DNA of 64,000 nt from an uncultured Eubacteriales bacterium (GTDB taxonomy: Bacteria; Bacillota_I; Bacilli_A; RFN20; JAISJY01): positions 348-64,347 of the forward strand of contig CAZYEI010000002.1 of NCBI GenBank assembly GCA_964646425.1, read 5' to 3'. The position numbers were made by a program, and so were the translations under genes. This document shows, piece by piece, positions 20,495 to 30,104 of the stretch. Position 1 is the stretch's first letter, and each line of letters opens with the position of its first letter. Under the pieces are notes generated by a model. That model was not told the DNA's origin. It made no database searches and was given only the letters and a program-made list of their open reading frames with translations.

Positions 20495-20624
20495 TCTATA
20501 TCACATCCCTAAAATATAAATATATATTACAATAAATTTATAATGTTTTAAAGTGTATTTTAACTAAAAAAGATATATTTTTTTCTTATTATAGGAGCAA
20601 AAAAATATTTAGAACTTTGATTTC

Positions 20625-20653
20625 TTGATTTGCATTTTTTTTTTTGCTATAAT
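20625..20653 (+). promoter_or_regulatory. Sigma-70-like promoter
   Basis: TTGATT, a 17-nt spacer, then TATAAT, ~25 nt upstream of an RBS AGGAGATG. Confidence 0.45.
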
Positions 20654-20678
20654 TAAAATATTGTTAGGAGATGATGGC

Positions 20679-21062
20679 ATGCTTGCGATTGATTTGCAGG
20701 ACCCCAAGACCTTGATTTTTTTTGGAATAATAATAGTTGCAATGCTATTTTTAATTATTGCTTTAACTATTTTTATAATTAAAAAGAATAGTAAAAAGCG
20801 TAAAGCCAAAAAAGAACTTGATAATATAAGTAAAACTATTATAGAAGCTTTGGGGGGGATTGATAATATCATTAGTTGCAACGTTTCAATGTCAAGATTA
20901 AATGTTGCTTTAAAAGATTATAAATTGGTTGAACCTCAACAACTTACTGATGTTGGAATATCCGGTACCGTAAAAACAAGCAAAAAATTAACTTTAGTTA
21001 TTGGTAAACAACTTAGCCAAAAACTTTGTAGTAGTATTAATGAACAGTTAAAAAAAGACTAA
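20679..21062 (+). CDS. Membrane-anchored PTS EIIB-like domain protein
   Basis: An N-terminal TM helix is followed by 'GIDNIISCNVSMSRLNVALKD', which matches the glucose-type EIIB Cys motif. The start at 'MLAIDL' follows AGGAGATGATGGC. Confidence 0.5.
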   Translation: MLAIDLQDPKTLIFFGIIIVAMLFLIIALTIFIIKKNSKKRKAKKELDNISKTIIEALGGIDNIISCNVSMSRLNVALKDYKLVEPQQLTDVGISGTVKTSKKLTLVIGKQLSQKLCSSINEQLKKD

Positions 21063-21070
21063 TTTAAATA

Positions 21071-21102
21071 AAACTGTTGACAAAATAGGTCAGCAGTTTT
21101 TT
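21071..21102 (+). terminator. Rho-independent terminator
   Basis: AAACTGTTGAC...GTCAGCAGTTT followed by TTT. Confidence 0.6.
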
Positions 21103-21234
21103 GCTAATAAAGCCAATTGAATTATTTTAGTTGCTTTTTATATGATTTAGGTAATATAAATTATAAATATATTTTTTATTTTAAATAATTTTATTTAGTG
21201 GTAAAATAATAAAAATAAATGAGGAGATTAAATT

Positions 21235-24123
21235 ATGGAAATAAATGAAATTAAATACGGTTTTAAACTTATCGAGAAAAAGGAATTACGAGATATAAAC
21301 TCAGTGATGTATCGTTATGAACATTTAAAATCTGGTGGTATGGTCGTACATTTAGCAAATGAAGATGATAATTGTTGTTTTGCAATAGGATTTAGAACAC
21401 TTCCTCAAGATAGCACAGGAGTTTGTCATATTATTGAACATTCATTACTTTGTGGCTCGAAAAAATTCCCACTTAAAGAGCCTTTTGTTAATTTGCTAAA
21501 AACATCGTTAGCTACTTTTTTAAATGCTTTCACTGCATATGATTGGACAATGTATCCTTTTGCTTCTCAAACACCTAAAGATTTTGATAATATTTTAGAA
21601 ATATATTTAGATGCAGTATTTAATCCAATTTCAATGATTGATGAAAAACCGTTCTTACAAGAAGGTTGGCATTTAGAACTTTTTGATGAAAATGAATTAC
21701 CTTCATATAAAGGTGTAGTTTATAATGAAATGAAAGGTGCAATGTCAAGCGTTGATGAAGTATTAGTACAAGCAACACTTGAAGCTATGTATAAAGATAC
21801 TTTTTATAAGTATAATTCTGGTGGTGATCCGGAAGTTATCCCTTCTTTATCTTATGAAGCATATAAAGATTTCTATAAGAAACACTATACACCTCAAAAT
21901 GCAATGACATATTTCTATGGAAATATGGATATAGAAGAAAAACTAAAATTTTTAGATGAAAATTATTTTAAAAATTATGATAAAGTTGCAGAAGAAATTG
22001 TTATTATTCCTCAAAAGCCGTTAATAAACACTAATTATGAAATTGATTATGAAATTGGCAATGATGAGAGTATTAAAGATAATACATATATGAGTTTATG
22101 CTATGGTTTAGGAAACTATAATAATTTTGAAGAATTTTTAGCAATGAATATTTTAACAGATGCATTGCTTTCTAAAAATGATTCTCCTTTAAAAAAGGCA
22201 TTGTTAGATGCTAAACTAGGACAAAATATCGAAGCAAGAATTGATGATGACAATATTGTTCCAGCATTACACATTTATCTTCAAAAATCAAATAAAAATA
22301 AAAAAGAAGAATTTAAAACAATATTTATTGATGAAGTAAAAAAACTAGTAAAAAATGGTATTGAAAAAGATTTACTTTTAGCGTCAATTAATCGTTTTGA
22401 ATTTAGAGATAAAGAATTGGATATGGGTAGAATGCCTAAAGGTTTGATTTTTGCAATGAATATGATGGGAAGTTTTAATTACAATGGTGATTTAGCGAGC
22501 CATTTGGAATTTAGCGTTCATTATAAAAAGTTTAGACAAGAAATAGATAATAAATATTTTGAAAATCTTTTAGAAAAATATATTTTAAATAGTAATCATT
22601 TTGTTCAAGTTGTTATCAATCCATCAAAAGAATTAGCAAAAATTCGTAAAGAAAAAATGGATTTATTAATGAAAACAACAAAAGAAAAAATGTCAGATAC
22701 TGAAATTAAAAATTTGATTGCTAAAAACAATGAATTATTGAAATATCAAAATCATATTGATACGAAAGAAGAATTAAAAACATTACCTAAATTAAAACTT
22801 CGTGATGTACCGAAGAAAGTTAATTATCTTGATTCAAAGAAATTTTCAATTTCAGGTATGAAAGGAATAGAACATACAATTAATACTAATGATATTGCAT
22901 ATTTGAGAATGTATTTTAATATGAATAAAGTTAGTTATGATGATTTACCATATGTACTATTGCTAAGAAGATTATTTTTAAATGTTGCAACACATAAGCA
23001 TACTTCATTAGAACTTAGTAATTTGGTTAAAACATATCTTGGCGAATTGAGCTTCTCCCAAATATGTACGTCTAAATCACAAGAAGATTACACATTTATG
23101 TTTAAAATATCTGCAAGTTCTTTAAAAGAAAATATAGAATATATGCCAAACATTATTAATGAAGTCTTATTACATTCTAGATTTACTAAAAAAGAAACTT
23201 ATCAAATTTTAAAACAATTAGTTAATGATTTAAAACAAGATATTATTGAAAATGGTATGAAAGTGGCATCGCTAATGGCAAAAAGCCATTATTCAAAAGA
23301 AGCGGCTTTAGCAATTCAAGGTTTAAACGGTCCTAAAATTTATGAGATATTAAATAATATGATTAAAAATTTCAATTTCACAGAAATTAATAAAAAATTA
23401 AAAGATATTTCAAATAAATTATTTAACAAGAAGAATGTTTTAGTTTCTTTATCTGGTGATAGCGAAATAGTAGCTAAACTTAAAATAGCAGTTTCTAAAA
23501 TTAAATTGCCTAGAAAAGAATTTGTTGATATTTTGAAAGTTGAATTAGCTAAACCTTCAAAAGAAGCTCTAATTATTCCTGCTGGTATTTCTTATAATGC
23601 ATATGCAAATTCGTTAGATTCATTAAATTTAAAATATAATGGAAAATATATGGTTTTAACACAAATTGTTAACTATGATTACTTGTGGTCTGAAATAAGA
23701 GTTAAGGGTGGAGCATATGGTTGTGGCTTGAATGTTTCTAGAAGCAACGATTTTGCTTTGGGGAGTTTTAGGGATCCTAATGTAACTAACACATATACAG
23801 CATTTAAAAATTTACCAAATTATTTAAAAAATTTAAAAATCTCTAAAGAAGAGTTTGTTTCATATATAATTGGTACAATGTCAAATTTTGATATTCCTTC
23901 ATCTACTCCTTTGACAATTGATTTGAGTGATATTAATTATTTGTTAGGCATAACTAAAAAATCTAAACTTCAATTTAAAAAAGAAATAATGAATACAAAA
24001 TTAGAAGATATTAAAGAATTAGCTAATGTTTTTGAATTGCTTCAAAAAGGTGCAAGTGAATATACAATTGGTAATGAAGATAAAATTAAAGAATATGATT
24101 TTGAAGTTATAAAAAATTTATAG
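21235..24123 (+). CDS. M16C (pitrilysin/PreP-like) zinc metallopeptidase
   Basis: Contains the inverted zinc motif 'HIIEHSLLCGSKKFP' (HxxEH). The 962-aa, four-lobed architecture fits M16C. The RBS is GAGGAG. Confidence 0.8.
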   Translation: MEINEIKYGFKLIEKKELRDINSVMYRYEHLKSGGMVVHLANEDDNCCFAIGFRTLPQDSTGVCHIIEHSLLCGSKKFPLKEPFVNLLKTSLATFLNAFTAYDWTMYPFASQTPKDFDNILEIYLDAVFNPISMIDEKPFLQEGWHLELFDENELPSYKGVVYNEMKGAMSSVDEVLVQATLEAMYKDTFYKYNSGGDPEVIPSLSYEAYKDFYKKHYTPQNAMTYFYGNMDIEEKLKFLDENYFKNYDKVAEEIVIIPQKPLINTNYEIDYEIGNDESIKDNTYMSLCYGLGNYNNFEEFLAMNILTDALLSKNDSPLKKALLDAKLGQNIEARIDDDNIVPALHIYLQKSNKNKKEEFKTIFIDEVKKLVKNGIEKDLLLASINRFEFRDKELDMGRMPKGLIFAMNMMGSFNYNGDLASHLEFSVHYKKFRQEIDNKYFENLLEKYILNSNHFVQVVINPSKELAKIRKEKMDLLMKTTKEKMSDTEIKNLIAKNNELLKYQNHIDTKEELKTLPKLKLRDVPKKVNYLDSKKFSISGMKGIEHTINTNDIAYLRMYFNMNKVSYDDLPYVLLLRRLFLNVATHKHTSLELSNLVKTYLGELSFSQICTSKSQEDYTFMFKISASSLKENIEYMPNIINEVLLHSRFTKKETYQILKQLVNDLKQDIIENGMKVASLMAKSHYSKEAALAIQGLNGPKIYEILNNMIKNFNFTEINKKLKDISNKLFNKKNVLVSLSGDSEIVAKLKIAVSKIKLPRKEFVDILKVELAKPSKEALIIPAGISYNAYANSLDSLNLKYNGKYMVLTQIVNYDYLWSEIRVKGGAYGCGLNVSRSNDFALGSFRDPNVTNTYTAFKNLPNYLKNLKISKEEFVSYIIGTMSNFDIPSSTPLTIDLSDINYLLGITKKSKLQFKKEIMNTKLEDIKELANVFELLQKGASEYTIGNEDKIKEYDFEVIKNL

Positions 24124-24299
24124 TGCAAAAAGGATAATAATATTATTTTTTAATATTGTTATCTTTTCTTTTTATATAAAAAATTTTAAATTGTTTATTT
24201 TTAATGGTAAATATTAAAAAAATATATATTTAATTTCGCTTTTCCTTTTATTTATTGACTCAATATGATAAAATTTACAAGATATAGGGGTGAACTTTA

Positions 24300-25490
24300 A
24301 TGAAAAATAGTAGAGTATTTGTTAAATTTAGTGCACTGATTTCTACTTTGTTGCTTGCTTCGTGTACAAACAATATTTCAAGTAGTTCTTTAAGGAATTC
24401 TACAAATAATATCTCAAGTGAAAACAATAGTTCAATTGTAGATATTAATGAAAATAAATTGATAATTAGCGAATATATTGAAGGACTATCTTCATTTGCT
24501 ATTGAATTATATAATTTCAGTGATGAAGTTGTTAATTTGCAAGATTATAAAATAAATGTTTATGGTACAAAAAATACTACTCCTACAAGTGTTGTAAATC
24601 TTTCTGGTATGCTTGAAGCTAAAGAGACATATGTAATTGTCGGAGCAATGAGTGTTGATAATTCATTGAAAGAAAAAGCAGATTTGATATCTGATGAATT
24701 AATTTTTAATGGTAGTCAAGCATTAGCACTTACATATAAAAATGTAAATGTTGATGTATTAGGCAATATTGGTTATAAACTTGATTATGCTAAGGATGTT
24801 ACATTAGTAAGAAAAATGAATCATACAACTCCTACGATAATTTTTGATGAGTATGATTGGATTAGATACTCTTATAATGATTATCAATATTTAGGAACAT
24901 TTGAAGCTTCGATTACTGAAGAAGAGTTACTAGCAGGACCAAAACTTACTGATGAATTTATTAATGCACCATTTTTTAAAGAAAATAGTAATAATGAAAT
25001 TGGTGGTGGAGGACTTGCAAAAGTTCAAGTTTCTTCGTATGTTGATGGCGATACAACTCGTTTTTATTATCCTGAAGAATTAGGGATTACCCAAGGTTTA
25101 AAAGTTAGATATCAAAATATTAATACGCCTGAATCATATACTGGTAATATTCAAGAATGGGGAATACCTGCTAAGGATTATACTAAAACTCAATTATCTA
25201 GAGCTAAAGAAATTTATGTTCAATCAATTAAAGATGGTTCAATATATGAAACATATGGCAGATTACTTGGATGGGTTTGGATTGATGGTGAATTATTGAA
25301 CTTTAAGATTGTCAAAGAGGGCTATAGTGGTTTTGAGTTTGAACCCATAGAAACAATGACATATAAGGGAGTAACATATTCTAATTATCTATATCATGCT
25401 GAATTATATGCTAAACGAAATAAATTAAAAATTCATGGAGAAAAAGATCCAACATGGGATTATGAAAAGTGGGAAAGTAAATATAAATAG
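24300..25490 (+). CDS. Lipoprotein nuclease: lamin-tail domain plus staphylococcal-nuclease (SNase) domain
   Basis: The lipobox is 'LLASC'. An LTD-like segment ('LIISEYIEG...FAIELYNFSD...YVIVGA') precedes SNase motifs 'VDGDTTRFYY', 'QNINTPES' and 'GRLLGWVWIDGELLN'. Confidence 0.7.
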   Translation: MKNSRVFVKFSALISTLLLASCTNNISSSSLRNSTNNISSENNSSIVDINENKLIISEYIEGLSSFAIELYNFSDEVVNLQDYKINVYGTKNTTPTSVVNLSGMLEAKETYVIVGAMSVDNSLKEKADLISDELIFNGSQALALTYKNVNVDVLGNIGYKLDYAKDVTLVRKMNHTTPTIIFDEYDWIRYSYNDYQYLGTFEASITEEELLAGPKLTDEFINAPFFKENSNNEIGGGGLAKVQVSSYVDGDTTRFYYPEELGITQGLKVRYQNINTPESYTGNIQEWGIPAKDYTKTQLSRAKEIYVQSIKDGSIYETYGRLLGWVWIDGELLNFKIVKEGYSGFEFEPIETMTYKGVTYSNYLYHAELYAKRNKLKIHGEKDPTWDYEKWESKYK

Positions 25491-25502
25491 GGAGGAATTA
25501 AT

Positions 25503-26402
25503 ATGAATAATAATGTTAGAGGCGTTAATAAACCGGCAGCTGTTTCAAAAAGACTATTAAGTGGAACTATTGATGTTTTATTAGTTTTTCTTTTTTCATA
25601 TCTAATATTTACATTTATTGCAACACCAATAGCCAATAATAATTTTGAATTGAATTTAAAAAATTCTTCATTAGCTGATTATCAAGAAGAATATTATAAA
25701 ATTGCTAGGGATGAATATAATATTTTAGAATCTTATGAAAGAGATGGAAATTCTTTTGAAATAGTTTATACAGATGAATATAATGATTTAAGTAATGAAA
25801 AAAGAGAAGAACTTGTAAATAAATTTCATGAGAATGAAGATGTTAAAGTTTTGGTAGATAATATCAATAATCTAAGTAATGAAATAAATGGTATTTCGAA
25901 TATGATGGTTATTTTTTCTACTTTTATTGTTGAAGTTATATTTTGGTTAGTTATTCCATTAGCCAATAAGAAAAAGAAATCTTTAGGTATGATGATTGTT
26001 AAATTGGAGATTATTCATAGAGACGATATGGAAGTTTCGAAGAAACAAATTGTTTATCGTTTTTTATCACTATATATATTGCAAACAGTAATTTTTTATT
26101 TCATATTTGGCGTTACAGTGGTCTTTATTTCTCCATTGATTGGTTTATTAACTATTTATGCATCTGTAAATAGATATTCAATTCATGATATGATTGCTAA
26201 GACTAAGGTTGTTGGTGAAAATCCAATTCTATTCCAAAGTATAGAAGAAAGAGATAACTATGCATTATTTAATTTAGCTAAGAAAAAGAGCGCTATTGAT
26301 GCTGAAATAGTTTCAAAGAAAGATAATGATAAAATTATTGAAGAAGATTGTGCTAAAGTAGATGATTCAACAGATGATAAAGAAATAAAAAATGAGGAAT
26401 AA
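25503..26402 (+). CDS. RDD-family membrane protein (paralogue 1)
   Basis: 'KRLLSGTIDVLLVF' is followed by four TM helices with 'HRDD' and 'HDM'. It lies 12 nt after the nuclease gene. Confidence 0.5.
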   Translation: MNNNVRGVNKPAAVSKRLLSGTIDVLLVFLFSYLIFTFIATPIANNNFELNLKNSSLADYQEEYYKIARDEYNILESYERDGNSFEIVYTDEYNDLSNEKREELVNKFHENEDVKVLVDNINNLSNEINGISNMMVIFSTFIVEVIFWLVIPLANKKKKSLGMMIVKLEIIHRDDMEVSKKQIVYRFLSLYILQTVIFYFIFGVTVVFISPLIGLLTIYASVNRYSIHDMIAKTKVVGENPILFQSIEERDNYALFNLAKKKSAIDAEIVSKKDNDKIIEEDCAKVDDSTDDKEIKNEE

Positions 26403-26404
26403 GT

Positions 26405-27283
26405 ATGAATAATAGTATTAATAGACCTGCTGGGCTTGGTAAGAGATGTTTAGGAGCATTAATTGACATATTTATAATCTTGTTTTTAACTATACTTATT
26501 AATACATATATAGCTACACCTTTGGCAAATAATGTTTTTGATTTGGAAGTAAAAGAAACAAAATGTGCTGATTATCAAGAAGAATATTATAAAATTGCTG
26601 AAGAATATGAAATAGGAACATATAAGCGAGAAAATAATTCAATTTCTTTTACATATTTAGAAGAATTTAGTAAAAAAACTGATGAAGATCAAGAAAAAAT
26701 CGTTGATTTATTTAATGCTGATAATAGGATTGTGGAATTATCAGATAAATATATAAAACCTGCTGTTCAAGAATTAAATAAAATCTATTTTATTTTAGTT
26801 GCATTTAGCGTTGCAATTCCTGAATTGATAATATTCTTGATAATACCATTGTTCGTAAAAAGAAGTGCAACGCCGGGACAATTAGTTATGAAAATAGGTA
26901 CAATTCATAAAGATGATTTTGAAGCAAGAAACTTCCAATTAGTTTTAAGATTTTTAACAGTATTATTGATTGAAACATTATTAGTTTTCTACTTTTTTAA
27001 CTATATGGCACTGTTATTAACTCCGACAATTTGCTTAATTATTATGGCACTAAATTCAAATAGAAATTGCTTGCATGATATTATGTCTTCAACGAAAGTA
27101 GTTAGTAACGATGCAATTGTATTCAAAGATTACAATGATAAACTTGAATATCTAAATCAAAAAGAAAAATCTAGTAATGTTAAAAAGAAATATGATTTAG
27201 ATACTCAAGAATTAAGAGATAATTTTAAGTTTATTGATGAGCAAGAAAAAAGAATTTTAGAAAATCCTGATTCAGAAAAGTAA
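26405..27283 (+). CDS. RDD-family membrane protein (paralogue 2)
   Basis: It has the same architecture as the upstream gene ('KRCLGALIDIFIILF', 'ADYQEEYYKIAEE', 'HKDD', 'LHDIM') and sits 2 nt after it. Confidence 0.5.
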   Translation: MNNSINRPAGLGKRCLGALIDIFIILFLTILINTYIATPLANNVFDLEVKETKCADYQEEYYKIAEEYEIGTYKRENNSISFTYLEEFSKKTDEDQEKIVDLFNADNRIVELSDKYIKPAVQELNKIYFILVAFSVAIPELIIFLIIPLFVKRSATPGQLVMKIGTIHKDDFEARNFQLVLRFLTVLLIETLLVFYFFNYMALLLTPTICLIIMALNSNRNCLHDIMSSTKVVSNDAIVFKDYNDKLEYLNQKEKSSNVKKKYDLDTQELRDNFKFIDEQEKRILENPDSEK

Positions 27284-27311
27284 AAAAGTATTTCTTTTGA
27301 AATACTTTTTT
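27283..27311 (+). terminator. Rho-independent terminator
   Basis: AAAAGTATTTC-ttttg-GAAATACTTTT followed by TT. Confidence 0.7.
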
Positions 27312-27394
27312 ACTTATAAATTTACTATGAAAATATAATAATAAAATAAAAAAAATCTTGATATTCTATAAATCAAGATTAATTTACTATGAAG

Positions 27395-27470
27395 TGGTGG
27401 ACCGTGAGGGATTCGAACCCGCGACCCACTGATTAAGAGTCAGTTGCTCTACCAACTGAGCTAACGGTCC
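27395..27470 (-). tRNA. tRNA-Lys (anticodon CUU), with the CCA encoded
   Basis: The minus-strand sequence folds as a cloverleaf: GGACCGT-TA-GCTC-AGTTGGTA-GAGC-A-ACTGA-CTCTTAA-TCAGT-GGGTC-GCGGG-TTCGAAT-CCCTC-ACGGTCC-A-CCA. The T-stem has one C:U mismatch. Confidence 0.7.
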
Positions 27471-27647
27471 ATCTCGCTTATGCTTAAATATAATACACTA
27501 AATATTTAGGCTTTTCAAGTGAAAATAAAATCTTTTTTGGCAAAAAATAAACAAATTATAAAAAATATTATTATTCATTGAAAATATTTGACAAAACGAT
27601 TATTTTATTTATAATTTAAAAAAGAATTCTATTAGGGGGATGCATAT

Positions 27648-29072
27648 ATGAAAAAAATAAAAAATATTGCATTGTTGGCTACGCTTATGAGTTTAATTGC
27701 TGGATGTAATACGGTTGGAACAAGTACGAAATCGACAAATAGTACGCCATCTAATATTTCTGGTTCGAGTTCTAATAGTGTAAATACTATTTCATCGAGT
27801 ACAAATAGTTCTGCAAAATTACCATTAGACTATAAAGTTTCATCTTATTATGAAGCAATGGAAATTCTAAGTAAATTAAAAAATTATACTATTGAAGTAA
27901 CTTACATGGAAGGTTCCTATAAAATGGTCAATAATGTATTTTTCACTGAAAATGCAATTTTTGATGATTATGTTGGTGATGAATATGGCTATGTTTTAAC
28001 AAATGATGGAGTGGTTCGTGTTGATTATTACGAAAATAAATTAGTTTCGTCAGAAGTTTATACTAAAGAAGATGGTACTTTATATGATACTGTTTGGGAC
28101 AAGACTTTTTTTACATCTTTTGCTGATATTAACTTAAAAGAATTTGAGAGTGCTGGAAATAGTGATTATTTTGATATAACTGGAAAGGTTAATAAAATTC
28201 AATTTATGAATTTAGTTCATGCTGAACAAACTGATTATGATAAATTAATTGCACTAACAGCATATTTTGATGAAAACATTTCTAATTTAATGTTTTCTCT
28301 TGAATTTAGTGATGGTTTTGGATATAGTATCGAAATTAAAGATATAAATAATACAAAGATTAAAGTTATTGATGATTTTATCAATGCCGGAAATGGTGCT
28401 GCTCAAATAAGTTCTGATTTATTAAGAGTTCGTGAATTATTTTCTGGTTTCAACTATAAACGTGTGATGTATTATGAGGATGAAAACTCTGAAATTAAAG
28501 TTTCAGGATATGAATATTTTAATCCTGATTATTTCTTTGTTAAATTTACAAATGAATATAAAATGTTTGATCCAGCTTCAAGTTTTGATAGTGGTTATAT
28601 TGGCTTTAATCACAAGATAATTGAAGGAAGCGAAAGGCACGGAACATATTTAACATATTTTTATGATGGCCAAGTAATTATTTTCCCTCAAGTAGCTTAT
28701 TACAATCCGGATATAACTAAATTTTATAACTATCCTACTTATATGACGCTATTTAATGGTCTTCAATATTTTGATTTAGTAAATGGAACAGAACATAGTT
28801 ATAGAACAACAAATTTTGAATTAACTTTAGATTTTGTAGAAAATATGCAAATTACAGAATCATTGGCTGGTTACTACATTGATGGTTTAACAATAACATT
28901 GGAAGATAATATTGAAACAGAAAATGCGAAAGTTACATTTGTTCTTGAATATTCAACTGATGGAGTTGCTGGTGGTGAAAATTCAGCTATTGCTGAATTT
29001 GAATTTATTGAATTTGGCTTAGCGAATATCCTTGAATTTGACAAAATTTTAGAAAATGCAATTGATGCTTAA
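27648..29072 (+). CDS. Surface lipoprotein (474 aa) with an S/T/N-rich linker
   Basis: Lipobox 'LIAGC' followed by a poly-S/T/N region. The RBS is GGGGGATG. Confidence 0.6.
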   Translation: MKKIKNIALLATLMSLIAGCNTVGTSTKSTNSTPSNISGSSSNSVNTISSSTNSSAKLPLDYKVSSYYEAMEILSKLKNYTIEVTYMEGSYKMVNNVFFTENAIFDDYVGDEYGYVLTNDGVVRVDYYENKLVSSEVYTKEDGTLYDTVWDKTFFTSFADINLKEFESAGNSDYFDITGKVNKIQFMNLVHAEQTDYDKLIALTAYFDENISNLMFSLEFSDGFGYSIEIKDINNTKIKVIDDFINAGNGAAQISSDLLRVRELFSGFNYKRVMYYEDENSEIKVSGYEYFNPDYFFVKFTNEYKMFDPASSFDSGYIGFNHKIIEGSERHGTYLTYFYDGQVIIFPQVAYYNPDITKFYNYPTYMTLFNGLQYFDLVNGTEHSYRTTNFELTLDFVENMQITESLAGYYIDGLTITLEDNIETENAKVTFVLEYSTDGVAGGENSAIAEFEFIEFGLANILEFDKILENAIDA

Positions 29073-29075
29073 TGG

Positions 29076-29106
29076 ATAAAGGAGATTCTTCTCCTTTATT
29101 TTTTTC
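29076..29106 (+). terminator. Rho-independent terminator
   Basis: ATAAAGGAGA-ttctt-CTCCTTTAT followed by TTTTTT. Confidence 0.7.
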
Positions 29107-29228
29107 ATTTTAATTGAAAACGCTTTCACCTTAAAAGTTAAAAAAATATTATCTATAACAGGAAAAAAATATTGACATAGTTACTTTTTTTGGTAAAATT
29201 ATGTTAATTTATTATAGGGGGGGTTTGA

Positions 29229-30080
29229 ATGCAGAAAGTTAGCAAAAAAATTTATGGTGCTTTGTTGTTGATACTTTTAACTGGATGTGTATCAAATAAT
29301 ACTTCATTAACATCATCAAATAGTAGTTCACCTGTAAATTCGACAAATACGGTATCTACAAGTAATAATAGTACAAGTACTAATATTGTTACATCTTCAA
29401 GTGTGATTTCTAGTACAAGCACAAATAATTCATCATCAGATGATTTTCCGTATTATTCTGAAATATCATCTGATTGTTCAACAAGAGATGGATTAATTGA
29501 TATTGATTTAGGATTAGCGGTGGCTACTAATACTGAATTACAAATTGGTTTTGGCTTTAGTGATATTACTACTGAAGGTGCTATAGTAACTACGTCTCAT
29601 CCAGATGTTTTACAATATGAATATAAAGGTGGAAAACATATTTTAAAAGGATTAAAGGAAGGTAAATCTTATCTAATAATTAAAGATTATGAAGGTTATA
29701 TTCATTATCGAAAGGTTGTTAATGTTAAAGATGAATTAAGTGAGGAAGAAATCTATAATCATTTATTTGAAGTTGATACATGGTATTCTTGGTTTAGTGC
29801 TAGTACTTTAGTTTTTTTAGAAAATAAAACTGGAATTTACAAAGAATCAGATGGTTTTTCTGTTACTGGATCATTTGAATTTAAATATGAATTAGAAAAA
29901 ATTGATAGAGATAAAAATGAATTTGTATTTACTTTTACTGAGGTTAGTGAAAAAACAATTGATTATACACCTACTGGATTTAATGTATCATTAACAGGAG
30001 ATATTATTCATTTGCAAGATACTAATATGACATCAGATATTTTGCAAGCTCATAAATCTAATTATGGTTCATGGAACTAA
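29229..30080 (+). CDS. Surface lipoprotein (283 aa)
   Basis: Lipobox 'LLTGC' followed by an S/T/N-rich linker. The RBS is AGGGGGGG. Confidence 0.6.
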   Translation: MQKVSKKIYGALLLILLTGCVSNNTSLTSSNSSSPVNSTNTVSTSNNSTSTNIVTSSSVISSTSTNNSSSDDFPYYSEISSDCSTRDGLIDIDLGLAVATNTELQIGFGFSDITTEGAIVTTSHPDVLQYEYKGGKHILKGLKEGKSYLIIKDYEGYIHYRKVVNVKDELSEEEIYNHLFEVDTWYSWFSASTLVFLENKTGIYKESDGFSVTGSFEFKYELEKIDRDKNEFVFTFTEVSEKTIDYTPTGFNVSLTGDIIHLQDTNMTSDILQAHKSNYGSWN

Positions 30081-30104
30081 ATATAATATGAAAGGAGAAT
30101 AATT

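Noticed and set aside
20609-20881. 90-aa minus-strand ORF overlapping the EIIB-like gene
   Set aside because: It is antisense to a gene with an RBS and a domain match. Its hydrophobic translation is typical of AT-rich antisense frames.
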